Assembly: GCA_000004985.1 (NCBI GenBank)
Contig: GG738878.1
Direction: 5' to 3' (one strand)
From: Naegleria gruberi
Lineage: Eukaryota
Length of the DNA: 64,000 bases
Part shown: positions 21,973-34,980 of the stretch, in pieces
Layout of the letters: every line of letters starts with the position of its first letter
Numbering within the stretch: the stretch's first letter is position 1
Program-made: the position numbers and the translations under genes
Notes under the pieces: generated by a model
What the model was told of the DNA's origin: nothing
What the model saw: the letters and a program-made list of their open reading frames with translations, nothing else
The model's database searches: none

Positions 21973-22833
21973 TTTTTTTGATTGAAATTAATTTTATTAG
22001 AAGCAATTTTCAATCAGTTTATTCATTTTGTTAATGATTGAATTGTTGGTTTTGTGAAGTGCCTTATTAGTTGTTGGTGGCGAGGCGTTTATCCAATCGA
22101 ATGGCTGAGTAGGGAGTTGAGTTTAATCTTGTAAAATGACCTTAATGAGAAGGACACTTCAAGAGATTCGAATTTTAAAGAAATTGATTGGTGTGAAAGA
22201 TGAAAATTGATTGGAAATCTCTCTTATTTCTTATTGTATGGTGCATGTATGCATTGTATCAAAACTAAACACCTATCAAAGATCGATTTACTCTAATCAA
22301 AAATTTCACTTTACATTAAAAACAAAACAGTTCCGATAATGGTGTACTTGTTGATAAAACATGTACATGTTTGCATTGAAGGTAATGAAACCATTATCCA
22401 AAGTAACATTCAATTTTTTTATCATCCCATTCTCGGAATCATAACACAGGGTTTTTGATATCGGAACGAAGAACAATAAGAAGGAAAACAGTCATCAAAA
22501 CCAAGCAGCAAAAACAAATGACAGGCGTTTTCTAAAAAAAGCGGCATTGTAATCCGAATAATAATAGAAAACAGACCAAAAGTGAACGATGTGTACGGCT
22601 TTGACGTCGTTAAAAATCAAAATTACCACTCAAACATTTTTAAAATTTAAAATAAAAACACAGAAAAAATTTCTTCAGTCTTGTTTGCACAAACTCGCTA
22701 CATACACAATTTTGAGCAGTTTTTCTAACGGCGTCTATACAACGAACAAAATCTAGAGATTTTCTAAACAACAACAACAATACAATCATCATCGTCTGTT
22801 TAGACTAGTAAATATAAGAGTAAAGTATAGAAA

Positions 22834-24381
22834 ATGAACACTACTATGTTTGATATTAAGAGTAAAATCAAGCAAATTAAAAACACCGTTCTTCAGATGA
22901 CTCCACTGGAGATCAAAGTCAGAGAATGTACAAGTAACGATTCTTGGGGAGTTAAATTGTCTGATAAATTAGAAGTTGCTGATCACAGTTTCAATTATGA
23001 AGACTTCAAGCTCATCTTCTCTGTTATCAGAATCAGATTGGCTGACGTTGGAAAGGATTGGAGACACGTCCAAAAGGGTATCCAACTTGTTGAATTTTTG
23101 GTCATTAACGGTTCTGAAAGATGTTTGGATGAAGCCAGAGACATGCAATCACTTATTCGTCAAATGAAGAACTTTAAATATGTTGATGATGACGGAAAGG
23201 ATTGGGGTGTTAACGTAAGAGATGCTGCTAAACACTTCTTGGAATTCATCAAGGATGAAGAAAAGATCAAGGAAGAAAGAGAAATTGCCAAACAACAAAA
23301 GGAAAAATATGAAGGTTTTTCTAGATCTGAAGCCAAGCACAAGTCTCGTACAACAGGTAGTTCTTCATCAGAAAAGAAGAAGAAGGAAAAGAAGCCATCC
23401 TATGATGATGAATATGATGCTCCTAAGAAGTCTACTTCTCGTTCTAGCTTTGAAGAAGAAGAATATGAACAAGAAGAAAAGCCAAGAGCTTCTTCTCCTG
23501 TCAATCAATCTGGTAGACCAAGAAAGCCATCTACTGGTACAACCCCATCATTCCAAACTACATCTCAACCAGTTAAACAAAAGGAAGATACTCTTATTGA
23601 TTTCTTTGATACACCAGTTACCACAACAACAAACCAATATAACAATAACAACTTTGGAAATAACAATGGTTTCGGAAATAATGGTTTGGCCAATAACTCT
23701 GGCTGGTCTCAACCAACTCAACCTGTCAATACTGGATTCAATCCAAGAACTGCTAGTACCCAACCAACAAACTCTGGATTTAACCCAAGAGGTAACAATG
23801 GTGCTTCATTCAACACTGGTGGTAATGATTTCGAAGCTAACTTTGATAGCTCTGGTTTTGATGATGGTTTCGGAACAAATGATGCTTTCAATAATGCTTC
23901 AGGTCAAGAAAAGAAGGATTCTACCTTGTTTGATATTTCAAGTGGTTTGGTTAACTTGGATCTTAATGAAACCAAGCAACAAACAACATCTCAACCAGTT
24001 AATCCATCTCAACCATCAGCTAACATGTCGTTGAAGGAATTGAAGAGATTGCAAGGAAACAATACACCAACCAAGCCTCCAGTCATGAATAATACCACTC
24101 CATCTTTCCCATCCAACACATCTTTCCCACCAAACAACAACTTTGGAGGTGGTTATCCAAATAACAATGGTTTCAACAATTACCCACCAAACAACAACAA
24201 TAACTTTGGTGGTTATCCAAACAACAACATGCCACCAAGAACTGGCGGAAATTATCCACCAAATAACAATTTTGGTAACATGCCACAACCAAGCGGATAT
24301 GGATACAATAATCAACCTGTCAATAATAATAGACCACCACAAAACAACAACAACAATGGAGGAGGTTTCGACTTTTTCTAA
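22834..24381 (+). CDS. ENTH-domain (epsin/Ent3-like) protein with long Asn/Gln/Gly/Pro-rich tail
   Basis: N-terminal ENTH similarity (EIKVRECTSNDSWGVKLSDKLEVADHSFNYEDFKLIFSVI...); C-terminal N/Q-rich low complexity with NPF/FxxP-type motifs. Confidence 0.7.
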   Translation: MNTTMFDIKSKIKQIKNTVLQMTPLEIKVRECTSNDSWGVKLSDKLEVADHSFNYEDFKLIFSVIRIRLADVGKDWRHVQKGIQLVEFLVINGSERCLDEARDMQSLIRQMKNFKYVDDDGKDWGVNVRDAAKHFLEFIKDEEKIKEEREIAKQQKEKYEGFSRSEAKHKSRTTGSSSSEKKKKEKKPSYDDEYDAPKKSTSRSSFEEEEYEQEEKPRASSPVNQSGRPRKPSTGTTPSFQTTSQPVKQKEDTLIDFFDTPVTTTTNQYNNNNFGNNNGFGNNGLANNSGWSQPTQPVNTGFNPRTASTQPTNSGFNPRGNNGASFNTGGNDFEANFDSSGFDDGFGTNDAFNNASGQEKKDSTLFDISSGLVNLDLNETKQQTTSQPVNPSQPSANMSLKELKRLQGNNTPTKPPVMNNTTPSFPSNTSFPPNNNFGGGYPNNNGFNNYPPNNNNNFGGYPNNNMPPRTGGNYPPNNNFGNMPQPSGYGYNNQPVNNNRPPQNNNNNGGGFDFF

Positions 24382-24410
24382 ATAAATTATCTATTAATCT
24401 ACTACATTGT

Positions 24411-24440
24411 ATCTTATTATTTATTATTATTTATTATTAT
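24411..24440. repeat. (TTATT)n microsatellite in ENTH 3' region
   Basis: ttattatttattattatttattattatttattatta. Confidence 0.6.
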
Positions 24441-24446
24441 TTATTA

Positions 24447-26070
24447 TTAATTTTGTTTTTCGAGTGAGGATGAGGGAGAATTATTTTGGGTGGATGGAGT
24501 ATTGTTTGAAATGTTGGCAGACACTACAAAATCTTTCATTTTTGATGCCACATGTCTGAAAAAACTATGGAAGGCAAGGAAATTACCCTTACCTCTTCTA
24601 AATTCAATAAGTATTACGGTATCTGAAACAGTTCTGAGAATGGCTACATTAAGAGTAATGACCGAATCAGCCAAGTTCACATAGCACTTGATCAAATTGG
24701 TTCCTTTAAATTTTGGATTGGCTCTTTCTTCCCTTAATATTTGAAAAACTCTTTCCGAAATATCGTCAGCTTTTCCAATAGCAACTAATCTGGTTTGTCT
24801 TCGAATTAATAAATTATCTTGTCCTGTTGCCATTTTTGAAATTGATCCCATCACAAACTGAGATGCTATATCAAAAGCATTCATTCTAACCTCTGTTGGT
24901 TGATTCGTATTACTATTACTCCCCTGAGGAGGAGGTTGATCTATTTCCTTATAAAAACTATCCTTTACAGCTTCCTTCAAATCATTGTTGGAAATTTCAA
25001 TTTTGGGTGATTGAAGAACAACTCCAAAATCTTCCCTATATCCTATTTGGAACCATTTAGAGGCCTTTATATTTGGTATGGAATATCTCTTTTTTGGATT
25101 AACTTGCAACATTTTCGATATTAAATCCTTAGCTTCTTTTGACAGATGTGATGGGAATTCAACTTTTCCACTTTCTATTTTTTTAAATAAATTGTTAATG
25201 TTTCTATCATCGAATGGAAGTTCTACAAAATATTGAGTTAATAATCGCATCTTTTTCAAAATAATACATACTTCCTGTTAGCATTACATAGAGAATAACT
25301 CCCATCGACCAAATATCTGCTAAAAATCCATCATATCCTTTTTCCTTAATAACCTCTAAAAGAATATATATTCATGCACATGATGTAATTATTGTTGTTG
25401 TTTCATGAAGTTTGAATGTTGTTGTTATTGAATGGAAAATTGCATTTGAGATTGTGAGCCTCACTTTAGAACCATCAACAACTTACCTGGTGAGACATAG
25501 TTCGGAGTACCACATGTTGTTTTCAAGAGCTGTGACTTTCCCAGCTTGTTAGGCACAATACTACTCAAACCAAAGTCCTATTATTGTTGTTTAATTACAA
25601 TCCATCATTCTCTATCAATTACATACCGTTATTTTCAGTTTATCAAAAGAGTCTAAAAGTAAATTCTCTGGTTTCAAATCTCTGTGAGCGATACCCTGAT
25701 TGTGGCAATATTCGATTGCTGATACTAATTGATGAAAGTATCGTCTTGCAGTAATTTCATCAAACTTTTCAGCAGCCACAATTCTATCAAATAATTCTCC
25801 TCCTGTTACTAGTTCCATTATTACATAAATATTATTTTCAGTTTGTAGTACTTCTTTTAGATTTACAATATTAGGATGCTTCATAATCTTCATGATGGCA
25901 ATTTCTCTTTTTAATTGTGTTTCCATCTGTTCCTTCTTAATATAATTTAAATTCATAATCTTGATCGCATACGTCTCTCCAGTTTCCAAATCCCTCCCAA
26001 ATTTTACTTTTGAATATTTACCCTGGCCGAGCGTCCTCATAATTTCATAATTCGCAACAATCTTGACCAT
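24447..26070 (-). CDS. CAMK-group Ser/Thr kinase with AMPK/SnRK-type C-terminal regulatory region containing a NAF-like motif; at least 4 exons (26070..25615, ~25575..25483, ~25360..25280, 25259..24447)
   Basis: Exon 1 [22 protein letters not shown]...[12 protein letters not shown]; middle exons encode [31 protein letters not shown] and [26 protein letters not shown]; last exon contains [11 protein letters not shown] and an [22 protein letters not shown]1-like tail. Confidence 0.7.
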
Positions 26071-27055
26071 TTTTTTTTATTAAGGTTTTTACAGTTTCCA
26101 GAATGATGATGTCGATTGAAGGAGAGACCAATCACCACTTCCAAACCAATCCGCAACAAGACCTCAATTTTTAAACAGCAACAACAGTAGCAGTGGCAGC
26201 AACATTAGCACTCAACATCAACTCGTGTTATTTGGAGTCAATTACCAGCCACATCTACAGTTGGTTCCAGCAGAACATTTGTTGGCGGTTGTTCTTCTTC
26301 TGAGGTATGAACACAAGTTCAAGGCGAACGAATACGGGCGGCCTAGGACAGAACGTGATGTTGATGCTACTGGTGTTTCGACTCAGGGGCCACAAGTTCA
26401 TCGGCTTTGACAATGCATCACGGCAATACATGATGATATAAAAGAGGAAATGAAAAAGTTTATTGAAATATTAAATATTTAATTGGATAGTGAGTGTTGT
26501 TTGGTTTTGAGGCAAATCAAGTTAACTGATGACCTTTAATAACTGTTATTGAGGCAAGAATTTCCTTATTTAAAGGAAGACGAATAAGGTTATTAAAAAA
26601 TAATTATTTTATGTTTTGTAAATTGAGATTTAGAATCCATCCCTATGAAATGATTTGAAATATTAAATTATGAAAATTATTGAAATCAAAGAATTATCTA
26701 AATAAGTAGTGTTACTATACTAATTTGATGATTATTGAATAAAAATGGATTTGTCGAGTCTCTTCTTAGTAAATGTTTACGGCTTACATTTAAGGTCTTT
26801 AAAATACTAACCATGGCATTCGCAGTACATTTACCAAAGCAAAAAGGAAATTGTAAAGATTACTTAACTTCAAAACATGTTGCAATTCGTTGCAAAGGAC
26901 GTATTATTCTCAATGGATGATAATTCTTCGAGTGACTGTCCATCTCAAAAAGCACAGTTTAATTGCTGTATGAAAAAGATAAACGTTACATTCAGAGATA
27001 ATTGTAATCCAAATGTCATTTCCTTCCTTGAACAGAAAAAAAATATCAACGTGAA

Positions 27056-27127
27056 GCTGGCGTAGCTCAGTCGGTAGAGCGTTGGTCTAATAAGCCATTG
27101 GTCGCCGGTTCGATCCCGTCCGTCAGC
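27056..27127 (+). tRNA. tRNA-Ile (anticodon AAT); anticodon loop CTAATAA
   Basis: GCTGGCG-TA-GCTC-AGTCGGTA-GAGC-G-TTGGT-CTAATAA-GCCAT-TGGTC-GCCGGTTCGATCCCGTC-CGTCAGC; canonical D and T loops; one mismatch each in the anticodon stem (27:43) and T stem (50:64). Confidence 0.65.
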
Positions 27128-27295
27128 AAACATTTTATGAATTAAAACAATAATGTTTACCCTTTTAATTAAAATAAAAATTATATTCTATTTTTTGTTA
27201 AAATCTATTTCCATATTTTTTTGTCATTTAAAATAGAGAACAACTTTCCATGTTACCAATCACCAAACATCAAACATATTACAAATCAAAAAAAA

Positions 27296-27852
27296 ATGTC
27301 TCTCTCACAATACGATACCCGTGAACAAGCTGAAAAAGAAGGAGCGGTCGTTGCAAAGATTATCTTTGATAATGTTACTCTCGAGCAAGTAATACAAATC
27401 ATTTCCGATTATAAAAGTTATACCGAATTTGTTGAAGGAACAAACAAGGTTGAATATAAGGATACTGTTGAAGGTACTGATGGAAAGTGTTTGGATGTTT
27501 GGTGGAATGTCACTGTTGGTGGATTGAAAACTGTGGAATATACTTTGAGATTGTGTGTTTTTGAAGGTATGAAAATATTATAATAATTATTAGAATGTAA
27601 CCTAAATTATCATGATTTTTAATAGATGGATTATCTTGGCAAGAGACTGATCATGGTCCATTTAAGAAGAATCGTGGTGGATGGAAATTGAAACCAACCA
27701 CAGATGGAAAGGGAGTCGAAGCCACCTATATTGCTCTCATTGATTTCAATGTTTGGTGTCCTGGTTTCATCAAGGATTTCCTTGTTGGAAAGGGATTGAC
27801 AAAGACATTGGAAGCATTCAAGAAGAGACTTGCTGAAAAATTCAAAAATTAA
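27296..27852 (+). CDS. SRPBCC / START-Bet v1-like (polyketide-cyclase fold) small protein, 2 exons: 27296..27566 and 27626..27852
   Basis: MSLSQYDTREQAEKEGAVVAKIIFD... ; intron GTATGA...TTTTTAATAG (27567..27625) in phase 1, continuing DGLSWQETDHGPFKKNRGGWKLKP. Confidence 0.6.
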
Positions 27853-28042
27853 TTCATAGAGTGGATTACAATAAATTCATCAGCAGATGAATTTAGAGTT
27901 TTATTTAAGTGGATTTTCTTAAGGGTAATGTTCAGAATTGACTGCGATTGGCGCTATTGGCGCAGTTGAGTAAAGTGGACATTTTCACAAACTCTTTGAA
28001 AGAGTTTCGAACAAAGAGTATTGAAATTGGAACTGAAAAAAA

Positions 28043-28871
28043 ATGATTCAAGGACATTATGGACCTGCAGGTTTATTACACTTCTTCTTTAGAGATATCT
28101 CCTTCACATGGCTAATGATTTCCACTCAGATCATTGACATGGTCTTTTTTGCTTTCGTATTGTGTTGTAAATTCGTTTGTAAAATGGAGATTCACTCATG
28201 TCCACAACCATTAGCTTGTTTGGAGTACAGTTCCTATAATGTTTCACTCATGAGAGAGAATCAAGCTGTTCCATTCAATGCTCAGAATGATATTTCACAT
28301 AGTTTGAGTGGAACTTTGATTTGGACTTTGGTTTTTACTGGAATTTATGTTTTGGTCAATTGGAGAAATAATTCTAGATCATTTGCTTCATTGTATGGTA
28401 TTTTCTTTTTGAGTATTTCGTCTCATTGGTTGTTGGATGTTGTGGTGAGAAGGTAAGAAATAGTTTTTATGAATTCTTATTCGAAATGTTATTAGAAATG
28501 ATGTTGCTGTTTTTCCACCATTCACATCGAACAAGATTGGACTTGGTACTTGGCAACACTTGTCAAAATTGAGTAATTATCTCATTGAAGTTGGAAGTGC
28601 CGTATTAGGATGGTTGTTTTTCTTCTTGGTAAGGAAATCATCCAAGTTGACAAAAGGTTTTTGGATTTCTTCACTTCTTTACTTTCTAATGACATTTGGA
28701 CTAATGTATGGAGTTTATTTTGCTGTGGATTATTCTAAAATTGCTGATTCTGTTCAAGATGGTTCTCCAACTTCACCTGATCAAATTCCATTCACCTATT
28801 TCACTTATGTACTTGTTGGAATACTTTCGTATTTCATGGAGAGAAAGGTCAGAGAAATTAAGACTGAATAA
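28043..28871 (+). CDS. Multi-pass membrane protein (His-containing TM helices; possible membrane hydrolase-like), 2 exons: 28043..~28455 and ~28499..28871
   Basis: Hydrophobic helices with HSLSGTLIWTL...SHWLLD motifs; intron AG|GTAAGA...TTATTAG. Confidence 0.45.
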
Positions 28872-29156
28872 TTATACCAACTTTCAACCCTCCCTATTAA
28901 ATTTCAATAATAAACAGATCAACTGAAATTGTATTCTTCCAATTACCACAGTTTTAATTTTTCTCGAAACTTGTTTTGTAAAAAAGGCAATTTGTCAAAA
29001 TTTGGGGAGTTGTGTGAAATATTACAATAATCAAAATATCTCACACTGCGCAATCCAACAGTCGAACGCTTGCACTATCCACATTGTGCGATTTCACCCG
29101 CACCTTATTTATCCAAAGATTACGCGCGTATCTTTGATAGTATCTCAATTTAAAAA

Positions 29157-32100
29157 ATGAAGACTTTTATTGCTACTGTCTTGTGGTTATCACTCATTTC
29201 CACCTTCCTTAGTTTAGTCCTAATTGTTACTGTTGTGAAGGGATTGAAAGTCGAACAAGAAACCTTTCGTTTACAACATTTTTCAAAGGATTACTCTGTT
29301 GATTCAATTATTCAACCAGTTTATCAAACATCAATGAAGTATTTACATGGCTCTGTTCTTTCTCTACTCTTCAATTCAGCTGCATGTCAATGGAATGGAT
29401 CCTATAGTTTAACATTATTAAATAATGATTATTTCCCAACCAATAGACCATACAATGATGTTATCACACGTTTGGAATCTGATTTAATTTACCTTGATTT
29501 GTCTAAATTAACATGTGTTAACAATTTAGAGCAAAAATATGCAATCATTACAATCAAGTTGAAGAGACGTGATATTGTGAATATTGATCCTTACAATTTG
29601 AGTGTGTTTAGTTTCGTTTTGAAGGATAGGTCACTGGTTTATGAGAATGTATCATTTTCAAATGGGGGAGTGAATGATTTGGAGAATGAATTCTCTTTTT
29701 CTTTGAAACAAGTATTTGAAAGTGGAAGAAACTATTTTGGTTTCCAATACTGGGTTGATTCTGATTACCATTCTCAAACTGGTATTCAAATTCGCTACCC
29801 AAAGGACATTACACTTTTAAATTCACATTTTATATCATCAATGGAGTTAAAATTTTCATACAATAGAGCTCCAATCATTAATCCAAATTTGGTCAACTCA
29901 ATTCCAGTAATTTCAGTATATAACGAATTTTATCAAGTGGAAGACAAATCAATTCCAAAACCATTCGATTATATTCTTTCAAAATCCAGAACTAGTTTAC
30001 AAAATAGAGGATTGAAACCTCTCATAGAGGAGAAATCAATGAGATTTCACTATGATGAGAGAAATGGGTTTAGAGATTCGAGTAATAATGTTTATTTCAT
30101 TGATCCATTCTCATTGGTTTGTGCCTTTTCATTTGGAGGGGATGATTATTTGAAGATTGATGAACAATCGAGAGTAATTGAAACTAAACATTCGAATTAT
30201 TTATTAGAATGTTCATCTAGTGAAATAACTGAAGATTATTCATGGACAATTTTGGCAAAGAAGAGTGATAAAAGACAGAAAGTGAATTGTTACTATGGAA
30301 AACCATGCCCATTATCCACTGATTCAATCTCTTCATTGACTTTATTTGCAGAAAACGATTTCGAAACTCTTAATATTTGGCCAGAACTTTCCTCAAACAT
30401 TTCTGGAAATTTGCTTTTGAAAAATCTTGAGAATTCTGAGGAATTGACGACTTATTCGCCGCCAAATACTTATCAGAAGCCACTCACATTGATTAATTGT
30501 TTTCAAGTTGATTTTTCACAATTGGTAATTTCCAAAAAAGGGCAAATCAACTTTGAGTTTAAAAAATCAACACAACCAAACGAAGATCCATTTTCAACAA
30601 GAATTTCAATTCTGGACAAACAAACCAGTTCCTTCTTTCTCTATCAAAAAGATTCTCCTACCAATTCAGATCTCAAATGGTCAATCAATCCATTGAATGA
30701 AAATGTTACATTTGGATTATGGAGCTATTCTCAATCTGAAGCAAAATTAGGTGATTTAGTGTTTGTCAATTATCCAAGAAATGTCAATTATCAATTGACA
30801 GATTCTCTCAGTATGAATGTTTACTTTAGTGGAGTTTCCATCTCAACTCCTAATTCATATCATAGACCCCACTTTACAATCAATCAATTCACACCAAATA
30901 TTTCATTACTGAATTATGTTATTCTTCAAAGTTTCCAAATGAATTATGGCGAAGGTTTGAATCATCTCGAATTTGATGAAGGAAGAATTTTCAATTTTTT
31001 TCCCACCACAACTCTGGTTGACCTTAATGGTAATAAGGCACAAGTTAAATTAACTGACCTGTCATGTGTCTATGTTTTGAAAAGTGAGAATTCTCAATAT
31101 TCGATTATTGAATTGAGTGATTTATATCCGAAATTCAGTAATGATGATGGAAGCTATCAATTGGATTGTTCAGAGGATGTTAGAGATGATGAATTTGTTT
31201 TCATGCTTGTTGGAAAACAATTTGAAAGAAAGTTTGTTTCTGGTGTTTATGGAATTCCAATAGAAGTGGATTCTGCACAGATTGTTTTATTCGAAACTAG
31301 GTGGTCTCCTTTGGATAAGTTTACAATTTCGGTTGATGTGAATACTGTTCTGAGAGGTGAATACATATTTATGGAAAAGCAAATTGAAGATTTTAAAGAT
31401 TATCCACTTTCAAATACGAATCAAAAGCCGTTGAATATTCTTGGAATCTTTGAACTTGATTATTCGAAAGTGACTTCTTCACTTGACATTGTTTCAGAAA
31501 ATTTGAATGGTTTATTTATTGAATTCCAAAAGAAAAGCTCCTTAACCAACACAGATCCTTCCTCTTTCAGATTTTTCAAACTCAATTCTTTCACAAAAGA
31601 CATTTGACTTGATGTTCAATGATCAACCATTCACAGGTCCTTGGGAGTTGATTGTTAGTGGAACAGGAAATGAGAAATCAATGATATTCGCTATTGCTGC
31701 ATTCCAAGACATTTCAGCATTGTTTAATCATGAATATCCACTTTCATATTCAAGACAATTACAATTCACAGTTGACCAAAGTGAATTAATGTATTCTTTT
31801 CAATTATCATCTTCCTTATCAACTTTATATCCTACTTTCCAATTGGATCTTAATACAACTCATTCCAATCAAACTATTATTGATCCAATTACAAAGATTG
31901 AATATGTCAAAATTCATTCATTTTCCATTCAGCAAGATATTCTAAACTATAATGTAAAATCGACCAGAAAGTTCACCTTCTCCTCAATTGGTTCCTCTCT
32001 TGATCCTCTTAGTGTAACATGTGCTTTTACTTTTAAGGGTGATGAAAATTTTTATGTGTCAAAGTCAAAGTCTCAACATGATAATGATTTTATTCAGTCA

Positions 32101-32825
32101 ATTGTGAAGAAGGAATTTTGAATAATGAATATCAGCTTTGGATAGTTGCAAGATATGTAGCCCCAATTCCACAACCTTCCGCTTTGCATTCAATTCATCC
32201 ACAACCAAGCACTAGTCAACCAAAACCATCACCAACACCTTTGAATTCGTTTGAAAGAGAAAATGGAATTCCATTAGAAAGTGGTTCAACTTTTTCAAGA
32301 ACTATTGATCGTGGACAATCGATTCTCACATCTATTGAGCTGAATTTTGGAAATCGATTGACTATTTCTTTTAGTTCATTGAGTGGTCAATCGATGCAAT
32401 TATTTGTTGGTACTGATTTTAAACCTAATTCACAACTCTTCACAACAATTATGGATTCAAACCAAGTCATCTTCTTAACCAATGTTCAGTCAGCTAGCCA
32501 AACAATTTACATGTTAATTCAAGGACCATTGACTGATGGACAAGCTCAATTCACAATTCTTCCACTAATCACCTCAATTCCTCCTAGAGAATCAAGCAAC
32601 AATCCAGTTATCCAGAACAGCAACGACACAACTTTATTCACAGTTGCAATAATTATCTTGACACTCATCATTGTCATTCTTTTGATATTTGGTCTGGGAA
32701 TGGGAATTTATATGAGAAAACAATTTCTTGTCAGGAAGAATAGTGAGGAAAGAGTTGAACTTGTTCCTTTACACATTAAGCTAAATCAAGATCAAGTCAA
32801 TAATAGTTACCATAATGAATTGTAA
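29157..32825 (+). CDS. Large (~1200 aa) type-I membrane protein with internally duplicated extracellular modules; reading frame interrupted twice (ORFs 29157..31607, 31609..32121, 32118..32825)
   Basis: N-terminal signal/TM (MKTFIATVLWLSLISTFLSLVLIV), repeated PLxxLxCFxVDFSQL / NFEFKKSTQPNEDPFS units, C-terminal TM (LFTVAIIILTLIIVILLIFGLGMGIYMRK) and short cytoplasmic tail; all three ORFs share repeat homology, so the middle ORF is coding. Confidence 0.5.
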
Positions 32826-32978
32826 TACTTCTTTCCAATGATAATAAAATATTCTTCAAATATATGTTAAATATATCAGTTCCAAACCAGGATCAATAAA
32901 AGGTTAATTTTACAAATTTTATTCATCTTTTGAAATAAGTTAAAATATCTTTACAAATAAGAATACAAAAATTATCAT

Positions 32979-34368
32979 TTAGAATTGTTCTCCATTTCTG
33001 TTGGCCCATTCTATCACTTCTTGGTAGAACATGTACTTGAAAGTGTTAGAGTCAGCCTTCTTTTCAATGTCAATTTCAATCTTTTCTGGGTGTGGTGTCA
33101 AATTAATGTACTTGTTACCCTTCAAGAATGGATGATTAACAGCTTCATCAAATGAAATACGTTTTTCTGGATTCCATATCAAGAATTTTCTCAACAAATC
33201 AAGAGCTTCAGGTGGTGAAGATGTGAAAATTTGTTTCAAATCCAAACCATCACTTGGGTAGAGACCAAATAAACGTTCGAAATATTTTACACCATTAGCA
33301 GTTCCCTTAACATCACTCATTTCTGGTTTACCCAAAAGTGATACAATCAAGTTCAAGTGTTCCTCAATACCTTGAATGTTAGCTCCTGATTTACGAGCAA
33401 CAAAGAGTGGTCTTCTTTGTGGTTTTGGAGGAAGGAGATATAACAATTCAGCAAATATACAACCAGCAGACCAAGCATCAATGGCAGAGCTTTGAATTTC
33501 ATATTGCAGAATAACTTCTGGTGGACGATAATATCTAGTGACAACGTACATGGACTCTGGATTGGTTACTGAATCACTTTCTTCCTTTGTACTAAGACCA
33601 AAATCACACAATCTAAATTGTAATTCATCTCCATTATTTCCAACAAGAATATTACTTGGCTTGAGACTGTTAATGATGATCGTCATTGTGTAATAATAAT
33701 TATTAGAAATTATTAACATGAATATTGTAGCAACAATTAAAGCAAATCATGAATAAATAAAAGATTAATATGATAATATTGATGTAAAAGTAATACAATA
33801 TGTTCGGAACAAGGAAATACTAAAAAACTACTTACTCACGATGCAAAATACCAGCACTGTGCATATAATGCAAAGCACTCAACAATTGACACATAATATC
33901 CTTGATACCTTCCATAGAGATACCTCCTTCTTGGACCTTTTGAGACATTAATTGTTTCAAATCACCTCCATTCATCATTCCCAATACAATATACAAGTCA
34001 TTCATTTCTGACAATGTTTGACCAGGTACGAAAATATCAATTAATTCAACAATGAAAGGATGTCCTCTCAAGTGTTTCATAATTAAAACTTCACGTAACA
34101 TTCTGTATGGAGCAACATTGAAAACATCTCCAATTTTCTTTATAGCAACTAATCTGTTGCCATGTTGACGATCACGAGCAGCAATAACAATACCATAACC
34201 TCCTTGACCTAGAATACAAATTTGACCAGTTTGTTCATCTCTAACAGGTTCATAACGTTTAGGGAGAGTTACAGTTGTAGTGCTATCCACATTGTAAGAA
34301 ACTAGTTGTTTTTGATATAATGGAAGTGGAAGTTGTTGTGTTGGTGAAGGGGTATCATCGAGCATCAT
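32979..34368 (-). CDS. CMGC-group (MAPK/CDK-like) Ser/Thr protein kinase, 2 exons (34368..~33834 and ~33681..32979)
   Basis: GQGGYGIV...VAIKKI; HR|DLKPSNILV split by a ~150-nt GTAAGT...TTAACAG intron; DFGLS, VVTRYYRPPEVIL, CMGC-type insert. Confidence 0.7.
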
Positions 34369-34980
34369 TTTCCAATGTATTTATATTATTAAATAATAAT
34401 ATTATATGAGCAATTAATCCAACAATGAATGGTGAACTGTGTGGATGATCAAAAAGTGAGTTGAAAAACAAGATTCAAATTATTTCAATGATGATGCCAC
34501 TGTTATTATTATCTTGTTGTATATTTGTTCGTCTATATGAAAAAGCAACAATTAGAGAGGAGATACACAATAATTGATGGTGTATGAAAAATTAATACAA
34601 AAATTCCTCCGTATGGAATATCGAAAAAGTTGTGAGTTTTTTTTTGTGATTTTTTCTAAGATCGATTGATGGCTAACATGAACTTGCTGAGGAACACTTG
34701 ATTTACCGCCAACAGAAAAAAATCCGTAAACAAGGTTGATTAGAAATGCCTTATTATCTTTGTTGGGAGTCATTTTGATTAAAAAGATTAAATATTAGAT
34801 AACATGTAATTGTTATTATTATTTGATGATTTGCAGAGCAATTATTATTATCATTCCTGCTACATGTAGAGGTGAAGTGAATTACAAGAAATCAAAAGGT
34901 TTACAAATGATTCTTACGTATTAAAGGTTGGTTGAAAAGAATCCTTCCATTCAATAATAATATGTGTTATTCTCTACCAG

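Noticed and set aside
22976-24385. Multiple overlapping ORFs on both strands within the ENTH gene (23222..24034 +, 24016..24342 -, 24143..24385 +, etc.)
   Set aside because: Out-of-frame or antisense readings of the Asn/Gln/Gly-rich codon-repetitive tail; only the 22834..24381 frame has a recognisable domain and coherent composition.
27056-27127. Possibility that the tRNA-Ile-like element is a SINE or tRNA-derived repeat
   Set aside because: It is a single copy in this window with intact D and T loops and a canonical anticodon loop; no flanking direct repeats or A-tails recognised. Kept as a tRNA with reduced confidence.
31609-32121. Treating the middle ORF of the large membrane protein as an intron
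   Set aside because: The ORF is 170 codons open and shares the repeated module (…CAFTFKGDENFYVSKSKSQHD versus …CAFSFGGDDYLKIDEQSRV) with the flanking ORFs, so it is coding; the frame change is better explained by indels.
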